From NCBI GenBank assembly GCA_050331455.1, contig JBHJGV010000061.1, forward strand, positions 1,136-65,135: 64,000 nt of DNA, given 5' to 3'. Shown piece by piece: positions 29,507 to 40,200 of the stretch. The stretch comes from Alphaproteobacteria bacterium (GTDB taxonomy: Bacteria > Pseudomonadota > Alphaproteobacteria > JAJFIK01). The notes below the pieces were generated by a model. It was not told the origin of the DNA. It worked only from the letters and a program-made list of their open reading frames with translations, and did not search any database. The position numbers were made by a program, and so were the translations under genes. The stretch's first letter is position 1. Each line of letters opens with the position of its first letter.

Positions 29507-32097
29507 GGGCGTTCACCCTGGCGGATCCGGGGATCGATGGCCGCATAGGCGAGATCCACCACAACCATGATCACCACCACCGCAAGCACCAGAAGCATGA
29601 CGACCCCCTTCACAACGATCAGATCGCGCTGGGTGACGGCCTGGAACACAAGGCGGCCGAGGCCGGGCAGGTAGAAGACGTTCTCGATAATGACGGCCCC
29701 GGCCAGCAGGAAGGCCGCCTGCAACCCCAGAATCGTGAGTACCGGGATCATGGCGTTGCGCACGGCGTGGGCCCGCAGGGCCTGGGCCGCGCTGAGACCC
29801 TTGGCCCGCGCCGTGCGCATATAATCCTGCCCCAGCGTATCAATCAGGGCGGTCCGCATGACGCGGGCCAGAATCGCGGCCTGGGGCACCGCCAGCGCCA
29901 CCGCGGGCAGCACAAGCGACTTCAGGGCCGGCAGGGCGCCCGCGTCCCAACCCGGAAATCCGCCGGCGGAGAACCAGCGCAGCGACACGGAAAACAGCAG
30001 CACGAGCAGGAGCGCGAACCAGAAATTCGGAATGGCAAGACCGGCCTGGGCCACGCCCATGACCGCGGCGTCTTCTGCCCGGCCCTGCCGCGAGGCCGCC
30101 CACACGCCGGCCGGCAAGGCCAGGACGGTTGACAGCAAAAGCGCCATGAGCGCCAGCGGCGCTGAAACCCCGATCCGCTCGACAATCAGGTCCGAGACCG
30201 GCACACGATAGGTATAGCTGATCCCGAAATCGCCCTGGAGCAGGCCGGCAATCCAGGTGAGGTAACGCACCGGCGCTGGACGATCGAGCCCGAGTTCCGC
30301 CCGGACCGCAGCTACGGAATTGGCATCGGCCTGCAGGCCCATCATGAAGCGGGCGGGATCGCCGGGAACGATTTCCACAAGGACGAACACGACAAGGCTC
30401 GCAGCGGCCAGTGTGATGGCAAGGCCGGCGAGGCGCGACAGGAGAACCCGCGTCCCCGCCCGGAGCAGGAATCGTCCAAGACCCACCGCGCCTGCCGCCA
30501 GGACCAGGACAAGCAGTGCACCGATGACGGGCGGCCCAGTGGCGGCCGAAGGTCCCAGTGCTCCGCCCGGGGGCAGAGACACCCCGGTGACATCGTTGGC
30601 CTGGAGGGGCGCGTTGCGCCACACGCCTTCGATCCCCCTCCGCCATACCCCAATCTTGGGCAACTGGGCCAAAAATACATTGACCGCATCCTCGCTCAGC
30701 AGCCGTTGGGCCATCTTGAACAGATGGTCCCGCTCTGCCGGATCCGCCGTCGCCGAAAGCCGGGCGATGACGGCGTTGAAGCGCTCGTCCTTGTACTGAA
30801 AGTAATAGTCGTTGCGGGCATAGATGTCGATGTCGAGGGGCTCCGTGTGGGCCACCATGGTGAGCTGAAAATCCTTGTTCCGAAAGACCTGCTCCAGCCA
30901 CTGGGCCCATTCCATGGTCTCAATCCGCACCGAAAGACCGGCGGCGGTGAGATATCCGGCAACCGCCTCTCCGCCCCGCCGGGCATAGCTGGGCGGGGGC
31001 AAGGTCAGCGTGACCGCAAAACCGTCCGGATAGCCGGCTTCGGCCAGCAGGGCCCGGGCCCGGGCGGGATCAAAGGGATAGGCGCCGGTCAGATCCACAT
31101 GGGAGGGATGATGGGGCGGAAAATGGGATCCGATGGGCGCGCCGAACCCGAAAAAGGCCCCGTCGATCACACCCTTGCGATCAATGGCATGGGCCAGCGC
31201 CCGGCGCACGCGGATATCGTCGAAGGGCGCCGCGCCATTGTTGATCGCGAGGATCACTTCGCCCTCGCTCGATCCCTGCTCCACGCGAAAACGGGGGTCT
31301 CGCTCGAACCGGGCAATATTTTCCGGTGCCGGATAACTGGGAAACCCGTCCACGTCTCCGGCCATCAACGCGGCAAAGGCGGCGGCCGGGTCCGGGATGA
31401 AGGTGAAGAGGATGGCGTCAGGGCCCCCGACCGGTCCGCTCCCCCAATAGGCCTCGAACCGCGTCAGGCGGAGCGTCGCCCCTTTGCGCCAGTCGGCGAA
31501 GCGGAACGGACCGGTGCCGATGGGCCGGACGGCATTCCCGTCGGCACTCTCCGGCGCCACGATGACGGCATCGCCCCAGGCCAGATAGGTCAGGAATGCG
31601 CCGACGGGTCGGGCCAGGTGGACGGCAACGGTCAGGGGGTCGATGGCCTCCACCCGGACAATCGGGGCGAACAGTGCCTTCTGGGCGTTACTGGTGTCCG
31701 GGGCTCGCGCACGGTCCAGGGTGAAAACCACATCCTGGGCGTCAAACGCCGTTCCGTCATGGAACCGGACATCCGCCCGCAGATGAAACACATAAGTCAA
31801 CCCGTCCGCCGCCACGCTCCAGTGTTCGGCAAGGCCGGGACGGACGGTTCCGTCCGGGCCGATCCGTGTCAGGCCCTCGAACACATTGGCATAGACAATC
31901 TCGTCGATGGCGGCGGCGGCGCCGGACGTGGGATCGAGATTGGGCGGTTCGAGTTGCACACCGAGCCGTAAGGTCCCCCCTGCCACGGCCGCACCGGTTT
32001 GGAGCACCATCGCCAAGGCGCACAAGAGCCAGAGTCCGAGGGCCGGCGCGCAGTAGCGCAGACTACACCGCCGTTCCGCCGGATCGGAATGTGTCAT
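29503..32097 (-). CDS. Fusion of family-5 substrate-binding protein and DppB/OppB permease
   Basis: Signal peptide, SBP_bac_5 motifs (LDPT, FHDG, PIGTGPF, VRRAL.HAID), linker with a TM helix, then PGDPA, GDFGISY, TARAKG, IDPRI. Confidence 0.9.
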   Translation of the reverse strand: MTHSDPAERRCSLRYCAPALGLWLLCALAMVLQTGAAVAGGTLRLGVQLEPPNLDPTSGAAAAIDEIVYANVFEGLTRIGPDGTVRPGLAEHWSVAADGLTYVFHLRADVRFHDGTAFDAQDVVFTLDRARAPDTSNAQKALFAPIVRVEAIDPLTVAVHLARPVGAFLTYLAWGDAVIVAPESADGNAVRPIGTGPFRFADWRKGATLRLTRFEAYWGSGPVGGPDAILFTFIPDPAAAFAALMAGDVDGFPSYPAPENIARFERDPRFRVEQGSSEGEVILAINNGAAPFDDIRVRRALAHAIDRKGVIDGAFFGFGAPIGSHFPPHHPSHVDLTGAYPFDPARARALLAEAGYPDGFAVTLTLPPPSYARRGGEAVAGYLTAAGLSVRIETMEWAQWLEQVFRNKDFQLTMVAHTEPLDIDIYARNDYYFQYKDERFNAVIARLSATADPAERDHLFKMAQRLLSEDAVNVFLAQLPKIGVWRRGIEGVWRNAPLQANDVTGVSLPPGGALGPSAATGPPVIGALLVLVLAAGAVGLGRFLLRAGTRVLLSRLAGLAITLAAASLVVFVLVEIVPGDPARFMMGLQADANSVAAVRAELGLDRPAPVRYLTWIAGLLQGDFGISYTYRVPVSDLIVERIGVSAPLALMALLLSTVLALPAGVWAASRQGRAEDAAVMGVAQAGLAIPNFWFALLLVLLFSVSLRWFSAGGFPGWDAGALPALKSLVLPAVALAVPQAAILARVMRTALIDTLGQDYMRTARAKGLSAAQALRAHAVRNAMIPVLTILGLQAAFLLAGAVIIENVFYLPGLGRLVFQAVTQRDLIVVKGVVMLLVLAVVVIMVVVDLAYAAIDPRIRQGERP

Positions 32098-32185
32098 GGC
32101 GTGATCGGTCCTCTTGGCGCTGCACGGGACTCCGCACACGACACGGAGCCAAGCCGCAATCTAGCACCCTAATCAAGGGGGCAGG

Positions 32186-32632
32186 TCAACTCGGATCGGG
32201 CCCGTCGGGGTGTGACGCGGTGCGTGCTCCCTCATCCGGTCTGTCATCGTGGGGCCGGCCGGACGCCCCTGCCAGCGCCAGAACCCGTGCCGACAGGGTG
32301 AGAGGGTCGAAGGGCTTCCGGATGATCCCGTCGGCCCCTTTGCGGCGATAGCGCTCCAGATCGTGTCTTTGGGCCTTCGCGGTCAGCAAGATCACCGGCA
32401 CGCTGGCCAGGTCGGCATGGCTCTTGAGCCTGGCGAGCATGCACTCGCCGTCGAGGCCGGGCATCATCACATCGAGCAGGATGACGTCCGGCGCGCCGGC
32501 GGCGAGACCCAGCCAGGCCTGCCGACAGGACCGGAAGGAGATGACCTCAAGCCCGGCCAAATCGGCGAGGGCCATGCGCGTGATGGTGCGAATGTCGGGA
32601 TCATCGTCGATGTGCACGATGCGACGGATCAT
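32186..32632 (-). CDS. Single-domain response regulator
   Basis: IDDD, LLDVMMP, LTAK, KPFDP; no output domain. Confidence 0.9.
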   Translation of the reverse strand: MIRRIVHIDDDPDIRTITRMALADLAGLEVISFRSCRQAWLGLAAGAPDVILLDVMMPGLDGECMLARLKSHADLASVPVILLTAKAQRHDLERYRRKGADGIIRKPFDPLTLSARVLALAGASGRPHDDRPDEGARTASHPDGPDPS

Positions 32633-32659
32633 CGGCCCTCACCCTCCCCGTCCTTCCGA

Positions 32660-35600
32660 TCAAACCGTCTTCTGGCGAGACGCTGGGTCGGGCGCGCCGG
32701 GCTTTGCCTCACCGTCCTCCTGCCGGTTCAGCAACGCACACAGCGCATTGCGGACATCCTGGTTGGATGCCCGGGCCTTGGTCAGCAGCCGGGCCCCTTT
32801 GGGCAGCCGGGACGGCGCGATAGCCTGGGAGGAATAAATCAGCAGGCGTGGGGTCGGGCCATCCTCGCCGCCGACCAGTGCACCAGGGTCCTCCAGTCCG
32901 TCCCCATCGGGCAACTGGGGGTCCATGACGATGACATTGGGCCGCTCGGAGGCGATGACCGCCCGGGCAGCCATCCGTGTCCCCACGGCACGAACCTCTC
33001 CCACATCTGCGATGAGTTGCTCAAGGACCCGGACGATCCCCATATCGCTCTCAACGATCAGAATACGGTTCAAGCCGGACTTGTCGCGGAACAGGGGCTC
33101 CGCGGCCACCGGCGGCGCCTCGTGCACCGCGTGCTCGGGGGCGCGCTCGGGGGCGCGTTTGGGAAGATCGATGTGGAATGTCGTGCCCTGACCGGTCTGG
33201 GTCTCGAATCCGATGGTGCCCTCGAATTTTTCCACAATTGCCTTGGCGATGCTCAGGCCAAGGCCGGTGCCACCGGTCTGCCGGGCATTGGATCCATCCG
33301 CCTGGGTGAACTTGTCGAAGACGAACGGATGATAGTCCGGCGGGATGCCCGGTCCCTGGTCGCGCACCAGAATGCGGGCCCGCCCGGCCTGATCGCGCGA
33401 GGCAATGGTCACAGCGTCTCCGGCGCTGGAGAATTTGATGGCATTGGAGAGCAGATTGGCCATGACCTGGGCGAAACGGTCCGCATCCACCGTGACCCAT
33501 ATGTCGTCGGGACCCGGATCGAGCAAGACCGTTACGGACCGCTCCAGGGCCAGCCCCTCGGCCTCCCGTTTCGCCTTTGCCAGAAGGCCGTGGAGGGCGT
33601 GGGGCGCAAGGTCGAAATCGAGCTGTCCAGCCTCGATTTTGTCCATGTCCAGAATATCGTTGAGGATCTGGACAAGTCGATCCCCATTGGCCTGGGCGAT
33701 GTCGAGCAGTTCCTGCACCTTTGGCGACAGGGCGCCCAGTCGGCCGGAACGGATGAGCCCGACGGCGCCCATCACGGATGTCATGGGCGAGCGCAGTTCG
33801 TGGCTCACCGTGGACACGAACTCGCTTTTCATTAGTTCCCCCGTCTTGCGGTCGTGAATGTCCATGATGGATCCGATCATCCGCACCGGCTTGCCGGCCT
33901 CATCCCAGATGGCCTGACCGGACCCGAGGAACCAGCGATAGCCCTGGTGCTTGTGCTTCAGACGATACTCCACACGGAAAGGCACCTTGCGGTGCAGATG
34001 CGCGTCCACCGCCTCGAAGGTTGTCTCCACATCGTCCGGGTGGATCAGGGAACGGAAAAGGGAGACCGTGGTCTCCACCTCCCCCGGCTCGAAACCCAAC
34101 AACTCGAAAAACAACGGCGACCACCAGGTGTTTTCCTGACTGACATCGGCCCAGTCCCAGACGCCCACGCTCATGCCCTGGACGGCGGTGGCGAAGCGTT
34201 CGTCGCTGCGCCGCAGCGCCGCCTCGGTTCGGCGAATCGGCGTTAGATCCGTATGCGTTGCAACGAGGCGAAGGGGCTGTCCGTCCGCGCCCCATTCGAT
34301 CACCTGCCCCCGGGTCAGGACCGTGGCAAGGGAGCCGTCCTTGCGCCGGTAGCGCATTTCCTGGGACAGCCGATCCTCACCCCCGATCGCCACATGCCGG
34401 CGCAGCGCCTCCTGGAAGGCCTTCTGGTCTTCCGGGAGGGCAAGGGCCTGCCACTCCGCCGGCTCATGGGCTTTTTCAGAAGGCTCATAGCCCAGGATCT
34501 GCCAGAACCGGGGTGACATGTATTGAACATTCTTGGCGAAATCCCAGTCCCAAAAACCGTCATAGCTGATTTTCATCAGGGCGGTCCGCTCCGCCTCCCG
34601 CTGTTTGCGGTCGCTGATGTCATGCAGGGAACCGAGCATGCGCACCGGCGTGCCGTCCCGGTCCCAGATCGCCTGGCCCCGGGAATGGAGCCAGATATAA
34701 GACCCGTCCGGACGGTGGAGGCGGAATTCGATGTCATAGGGCGCGCGCTCCTCCAGATGCCGGGTGCGGGCCTCCAGGAGCGCGTCCCGATCGTCCGGGT
34801 GCACCAAACTGGCCAGCCGTTCGATGCTCGGCTTGAATGTCTTTGGGTCCTGGCCCGTGATCTCGAACAGGCGCGGCGACCAATACATGGTGCCCTTGCG
34901 GATATCGAAATCCCAGAAGGCGGCACCGGAGCCGCGCAAGACGAGGTCGTAGCGCTCCTGGCTTCGGCGAAGGGCCTGTTCGGCCCGCCGGTCCTCCGTA
35001 ACATCGACGGAGGTGACCAAAATCAACCGCTGACCGGTCTCGGGATCGGTGTAGGGAACACGGTCGGTCCGCAGCCACCGGTCCGGGCCGTTGCGGCTGA
35101 CATCGGGTTCGATGACCCCGAAGGAAGGCTCTTCGGTATCGAAGACCCGAAGATCCGCCTCGTGCCAGACTTCGGACTGGTCCGGAAACAACGCTTTGAC
35201 GGAGGTGCCTTCGGCAATTTCCGGGCGCACGCCGAGACGGTCGGCTGCATGGCGGTTGAGTCCGAGGATCCGATTGGTGTCGTCCTTCACCATGATCCGG
35301 ACGGGAACGAGATCAACGACATCCGGCAGGGACGGCACGCCGGGCGCGGCACCGCGTGCGGGGTGCCGTGCCCCGTCCGCACCCAGATCGTCCAGCGATC
35401 CGCCCATGCGCAGGGGCCGTCCGTCCGCGTCCCGGATTGCCTGGCCGCAGATTTGAACGGTGATGTAGGGTCGCTCGCCACAACGCATGCGGCAGGTGAT
35501 GTTGAAGGGCCCGGTCCCGGACAGATGGGCCTGGAGCGCTTCGGCCACGCGCACCCGGTCGTCCGGATGCAGCGCCCGTTCGAAATCCTCTGATTTCGGG

Positions 35601-36658
35601 GCCATCAGCGGCTCCTCGATGCCGAGCATGGCATCGATGTGCGCCGTCCAGTACAGGCGGTTCGCCCGGATGTTCCAGTCCCACAACCCCACCCGCGCAC
35701 CCTCGGCGACGAGGCCATAGCGTTCCTCGGCCTCCTTCAGGCGTTGACTGAGATCGGCAACCGCCTGGGTGGACCGGGCGCTCAAGGCGCTCTGGCGCCA
35801 GGCGAACAGGACCGCGTAGACCGCCCCGGCAACGGCCAGGGTCGCAAGGCATCCGAGCACCAGCACCAGGAGGGGCATCAAATAGACGTCCCCGAACAGG
35901 ATCGTCCGTCGGGGACGCAGCACCAGGGTCCATGTGTTGCCGAAGAAGGACAGCGTGGAGGCGAAGGTGTTCGCAGCAAAGCCCTGTTCGGCCCCTTGGA
36001 CCAGATCGAGCACCGCGGCGTCGCCGAGGATGGGCAGCCAGTCCTCGAACACGGCGAAGGTGACCCCGTCATCCGCGTTTGGCAGCCGCGCCGCGTCGAA
36101 CAGATCCGGCAGGGCCAGGACACCGGCGACGAGACCCGAGAGGCCCGACGGAGGCAGCACGGGCACATAAATCCGCAACCCCTTGCCCCCCGACGCAAGA
36201 TCGATGGTCTTGGTGACCAGGGTCGGTGTGTCGGTCAAATCGAAGGGACCGGCAGCCGCCAGGCGCTCGGCCTGCGGAAAGGACAGGGCGGCCGCGCCGG
36301 CCGGATCAAGCGGGCTCTCCACCCATTGGAGTTCCAGGTCCGGATCGAGGGCGGCAATGGCCAGCAAACCCGGCAGATCCGCCACCAGGGCGGCCGCCTC
36401 GCCGCGTTGCGCTGCGTCCGGGATCCCGGACGGGCCGGCCCAACTCTGGGCGAGCCGTTCCAGTGCCCGCACGGTGCCGATCAGTGAACCGCGCAAGCGG
36501 GCGGCATGGTCGGCAACCGCGCGCTCGCCGGCCTCGCGGTATGCCGTCCGCTCCATGCGATTGAGTTCGAGACCGGAAAAAACGCTGGCCGCAAGGCCCG
36601 CCGCGAGGATCGTGACAGGGATAAGAACCAGGACATCGATGACGCGCTTTGTCCTCAT
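32660..36658 (-). CDS. Hybrid sensor histidine kinase (CHASE-like periplasmic domain, about 5 PAS, HisKA, HATPase, REC)
   Basis: Two TM segments, repeated G.WDW...HP.D PAS units, SHELRSP, NLLSNAIKFS, GTGLGL, C-terminal receiver; GGAGGAGG SD. Confidence 0.93.
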   Translation of the reverse strand: MRTKRVIDVLVLIPVTILAAGLAASVFSGLELNRMERTAYREAGERAVADHAARLRGSLIGTVRALERLAQSWAGPSGIPDAAQRGEAAALVADLPGLLAIAALDPDLELQWVESPLDPAGAAALSFPQAERLAAAGPFDLTDTPTLVTKTIDLASGGKGLRIYVPVLPPSGLSGLVAGVLALPDLFDAARLPNADDGVTFAVFEDWLPILGDAAVLDLVQGAEQGFAANTFASTLSFFGNTWTLVLRPRRTILFGDVYLMPLLVLVLGCLATLAVAGAVYAVLFAWRQSALSARSTQAVADLSQRLKEAEERYGLVAEGARVGLWDWNIRANRLYWTAHIDAMLGIEEPLMAPKSEDFERALHPDDRVRVAEALQAHLSGTGPFNITCRMRCGERPYITVQICGQAIRDADGRPLRMGGSLDDLGADGARHPARGAAPGVPSLPDVVDLVPVRIMVKDDTNRILGLNRHAADRLGVRPEIAEGTSVKALFPDQSEVWHEADLRVFDTEEPSFGVIEPDVSRNGPDRWLRTDRVPYTDPETGQRLILVTSVDVTEDRRAEQALRRSQERYDLVLRGSGAAFWDFDIRKGTMYWSPRLFEITGQDPKTFKPSIERLASLVHPDDRDALLEARTRHLEERAPYDIEFRLHRPDGSYIWLHSRGQAIWDRDGTPVRMLGSLHDISDRKQREAERTALMKISYDGFWDWDFAKNVQYMSPRFWQILGYEPSEKAHEPAEWQALALPEDQKAFQEALRRHVAIGGEDRLSQEMRYRRKDGSLATVLTRGQVIEWGADGQPLRLVATHTDLTPIRRTEAALRRSDERFATAVQGMSVGVWDWADVSQENTWWSPLFFELLGFEPGEVETTVSLFRSLIHPDDVETTFEAVDAHLHRKVPFRVEYRLKHKHQGYRWFLGSGQAIWDEAGKPVRMIGSIMDIHDRKTGELMKSEFVSTVSHELRSPMTSVMGAVGLIRSGRLGALSPKVQELLDIAQANGDRLVQILNDILDMDKIEAGQLDFDLAPHALHGLLAKAKREAEGLALERSVTVLLDPGPDDIWVTVDADRFAQVMANLLSNAIKFSSAGDAVTIASRDQAGRARILVRDQGPGIPPDYHPFVFDKFTQADGSNARQTGGTGLGLSIAKAIVEKFEGTIGFETQTGQGTTFHIDLPKRAPERAPEHAVHEAPPVAAEPLFRDKSGLNRILIVESDMGIVRVLEQLIADVGEVRAVGTRMAARAVIASERPNVIVMDPQLPDGDGLEDPGALVGGEDGPTPRLLIYSSQAIAPSRLPKGARLLTKARASNQDVRNALCALLNRQEDGEAKPGAPDPASRQKTV

Positions 36659-37122
36659 TCTTCCTCCTCCTGTCAGGAACGGTGCGGACAACCCGTGGCA
36701 CGGGGCCAGTCTTCGAGCGAAGACGCTTGGTCGGCGGTTTTTTGACCGGTGGCTCTTGGGCCGGCAGCCTTGGGGTCTGCGACTCCAGGGTGCCGTCCGT
36801 ATCGCCGCGATTTGGCTCGCACTGCAAACGGTTTTCCGCGATGCCCGCCGTGTTCGCCACTCAACCGGGGTAGCACGTCCCGGCGCTTGTCGCCCGGATC
36901 GCGGGATGGATGGCATGGATCCTGCGGACCGAATGCCGAGCATAGATTGATTTTAAGCAAACAATACCAGAAGCTAGGGAGGGGTTAAGGATTGTGGGTG
37001 GGCGTGCACTGTCTCAGGTCCGGCGCATGGGGGATCACCAGTGGCGGCCGTGAGTTTCCCCCGCCCGGCAGGCCCTTAGCAAGAACAGGGTCACGAGCAT
37101 GGGGCCGACCAGGGCTCCACAA

Positions 37123-37159
37123 GGGGATGGGGGATGGGGGATGGGATAATGGGTTTGGG
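37123..37159 (+). repeat. G-tract heptamer repeat (GGGGGAT about x3), potential G-quadruplex
   Basis: GGGGATGGGGGATGGGGGATGGGATAATGGGTTTGGG read directly. Confidence 0.6.
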
Positions 37160-37215
37160 CTGGCACCATTCGATGCGCCCGACACCAAGCATGGGACAAC
37201 GCCCCGGCTCGCGGA

Positions 37216-40200
37216 TCAGAGCCGCTTGAGATTGTCGCCGGAATTGCGGTCGATCAGCTTCGCATAGGGATCGATGCCGACCACCGCGGGCCGCTCGTCC
37301 ACCGTCACGGTGATGGTCTGCTTGCCCGTGGTCACCCGGTGCTTCTTCACCTCGATCACGTGGTCGTCGCCCTCGTTGACATCGTCCGGATGGATCGTGA
37401 AAAGACCGATATCGATGGGCAGATCGAGGGGCATTGCCTCCTCCTGGCCCTCCCCGTCGGCTTCCACCTTGTCGGCCTCCACCGTGATGGCCACGTCGAA
37501 GCGCCCATCGTCGCGCTCGGTCACTTCGGCCTGGGTCACCTTCAGATCCCACAGAACGATCCGCTCAAAAAGATCCGTAATCAGCTCATCATGCTCGGGC
37601 CCGGCCTCTTCGCGCAGAATGCGCAGGAAATCGAGGGTCGTCGCGTAGGGCTCGCTGTTGAAAGCACGCAGATCGATGAGCCGCTGGAGCGCGCGGTTCA
37701 CCACCGCCTCGCCCACATAGTCCTTAAGGGCGTACATGGCCACAGCCCCTTTCCGGTAGTGGATATAGGCTTGGTTTTCCACGCGATTGAGGGGCAGTTC
37801 TTCAATCTGTTCGCCGCCCCGCGCCCGCAGATAGGTGTCGAGTTCGTATTTCAGGAACCGGCGCATAATGGCGGGCCCTTGCAGCTTCTCCATCACCATC
37901 AGCGCCGAGTACTGGGCGAAGGTCTCCACGATCATGGTGGATCCCTGGACATTCGCGGGCAGCACCTGGTGCGCCCACCACTGGTGCGCCACCTCATGGG
38001 CCGTCACATAGGTGATGATGTCGATGCTGGCGGGGTCGCGCACATCGGCGATGAAGCCGATGCCTTCCGAATAGGGCACCGTATTCGGAAAGGATTGGGC
38101 GAAACTCGCATAATCGGGGAATTCCAGGATCCGCATCTGGCGGAATTGGAAGGGGCTGAAATGCTCCGTGAAGTAATCAAAGCTCAGCTTCATGGCCTCA
38201 ATCATGCGCTCGACATTATAGGCGTGGGGCTCGTGGTAGTAGACCTCCAGAGTGACATCCGGCTGGCCGTCCCGCTCCGCCTTCCAGACGTCACGCGCAA
38301 CCGCATAGTCGGCCGAGAGATAGGAGAAGAAGGCAAGAATGGGCGTGTCCATTTCATATTCGAAATAGTGCCGGCCGTTTTCTTGCCAGTCCCGCGTCAG
38401 ATAGCCCGGCGCGATCGCCGTCTGGCCAATCTTGGTACTGACCGTCGTGCGGAAGGGGACCCAGGCGGAATGCCGGGTGTAGGCGTTCTTGTTGTAATAC
38501 TCCGTCTGTTCCAGCTTGGGCATCCGGTCCACGGGCTCCTTGCCGAGCCGGCGGCGGGTGTTCCGGTCCAGGATCATTTTTTGGCGCCGAAACCCGGGCA
38601 CGGGTAGGATCTGGCCGCTGTCGACGAAGGTCCCATTATAGACGATGCGGGTGCCGTTGTTCGAATTGCGGAACCCGTCATAGTCCCAGACGATCTTGAA
38701 GGTCAGGGTGCGCTGCTCGCCGGGCGCCATGGGCTTATCGAGCGCGAAGATGAAATAGTTGTGGGTGCGGTCCTCGGTTCGAAGGGTGGCACCAGCGAGT
38801 TTCAGCGTGGCGACTTCGGGCGCAAAGGCCACGTCGTAGTGGACTTCGTCGATCGGGACGTCGTCCTTGTTTTCGAGCAGATAGGTGCCCCGCGCCTCGA
38901 CCCGCAGAGCGTCCGGAAAAATATCCACGTCCGTCTGGATGTCGACGATCGCGGGCTCCAACCGATCCTCATAGCGCCGGTAAGCCTCCTCATAGGCGAT
39001 GGCCCGCGCCTCGGTGTCGTCCCGCGTGACGTAGCTGTTGAGGATATTGGTGTTGTAATAGATGAAGGCGCCGCTGCCGACGAAGCCGAGCACGCCCACG
39101 GACAGGGCGACCGCCGTGATGGGGCCGAGATTGCCGCCCATGCGGCTGATCCGCATCAGGAGGGATGTGTTTCCGCCCCGCATCCACAGGAGATAGCTGA
39201 GCATCATCAGCACACCGGAAAAGCAGGTCCAGTACAGGTAGAACCAGAACACGCCGGTCAGGTAGTGGCCGTTGCCGTTCATGTCCGACAGGGGCGCAAA
39301 GGGTGCGCCGCCGAACTGGTAGAGATTGTGCTCATAGCCCACATTGACGAGGGAAACCTGGGCCACCAGGACCAGGACCATGATCAGGATACCGACATAG
39401 CGGTTGAGCGAGATCACCTGCACGAACAGGCTCAACATGGCGGTGAGCAGGAGCGGCCAGCCGAACACGAGGATCAATCGGAAAGCGTAAAGGCCGTAAT
39501 CGATCTGTGTAAAGCCTTTACTGAGTTGGGCGGCGATGCCCGTGAGCATGGCCACGGCCATCAGGGATAAGAGCACCAGGGCCATGGCCAGGAATTTCGA
39601 AAACACGAAGACCCAATTGGGCGCCGGCGTTGAATCAATGATCTCGTGGATCTGATAGGTGCGCTCGCGCCACACGACCTCCGAGGCGTAGTAGACCGCC
39701 ACCACGGCAGGCACGATGGAGAAGGTGCCGAACAGCAATTCGATCATGACCCGGGTGACCGGATAGGCCGGTACGTCATAGAGCAGATCGAAATTCAGGA
39801 GGGCGCCCAGGCTGTTGAAGATGCCAAGGGCAAGCAGCACCCAGAACGCCACGCTGCGCACGACGGCCGACACCTCAAAGCGGGTGCGCAAGGCAAACTG
39901 ACTCCAGGCCGTTCCGCCGGTGAACACCGGTGTGACCTTCGGCAGAGCGATGCGCGTGGGGACGAACCGTGCGTCGGTGGCCGCATCGGATTTGCGGCGC
40001 CGGCCGCCCCGGGTTGAGCGGGCACGGAAGGAAAAGGTCAGAATATTGACCACCAGGAACGCGATACCGACCCCAAGCCACAGAACACGGTTGACCAGGA
40101 AGGATCCTTCGAGGGGGACAAGCTGGGTGTTGCGCTCAAAGGCGGTCCAATAGCGCGTCTCGAGCCCGTAGGTGAGGAAGCCCAGCGGATCGTAGGGTGC

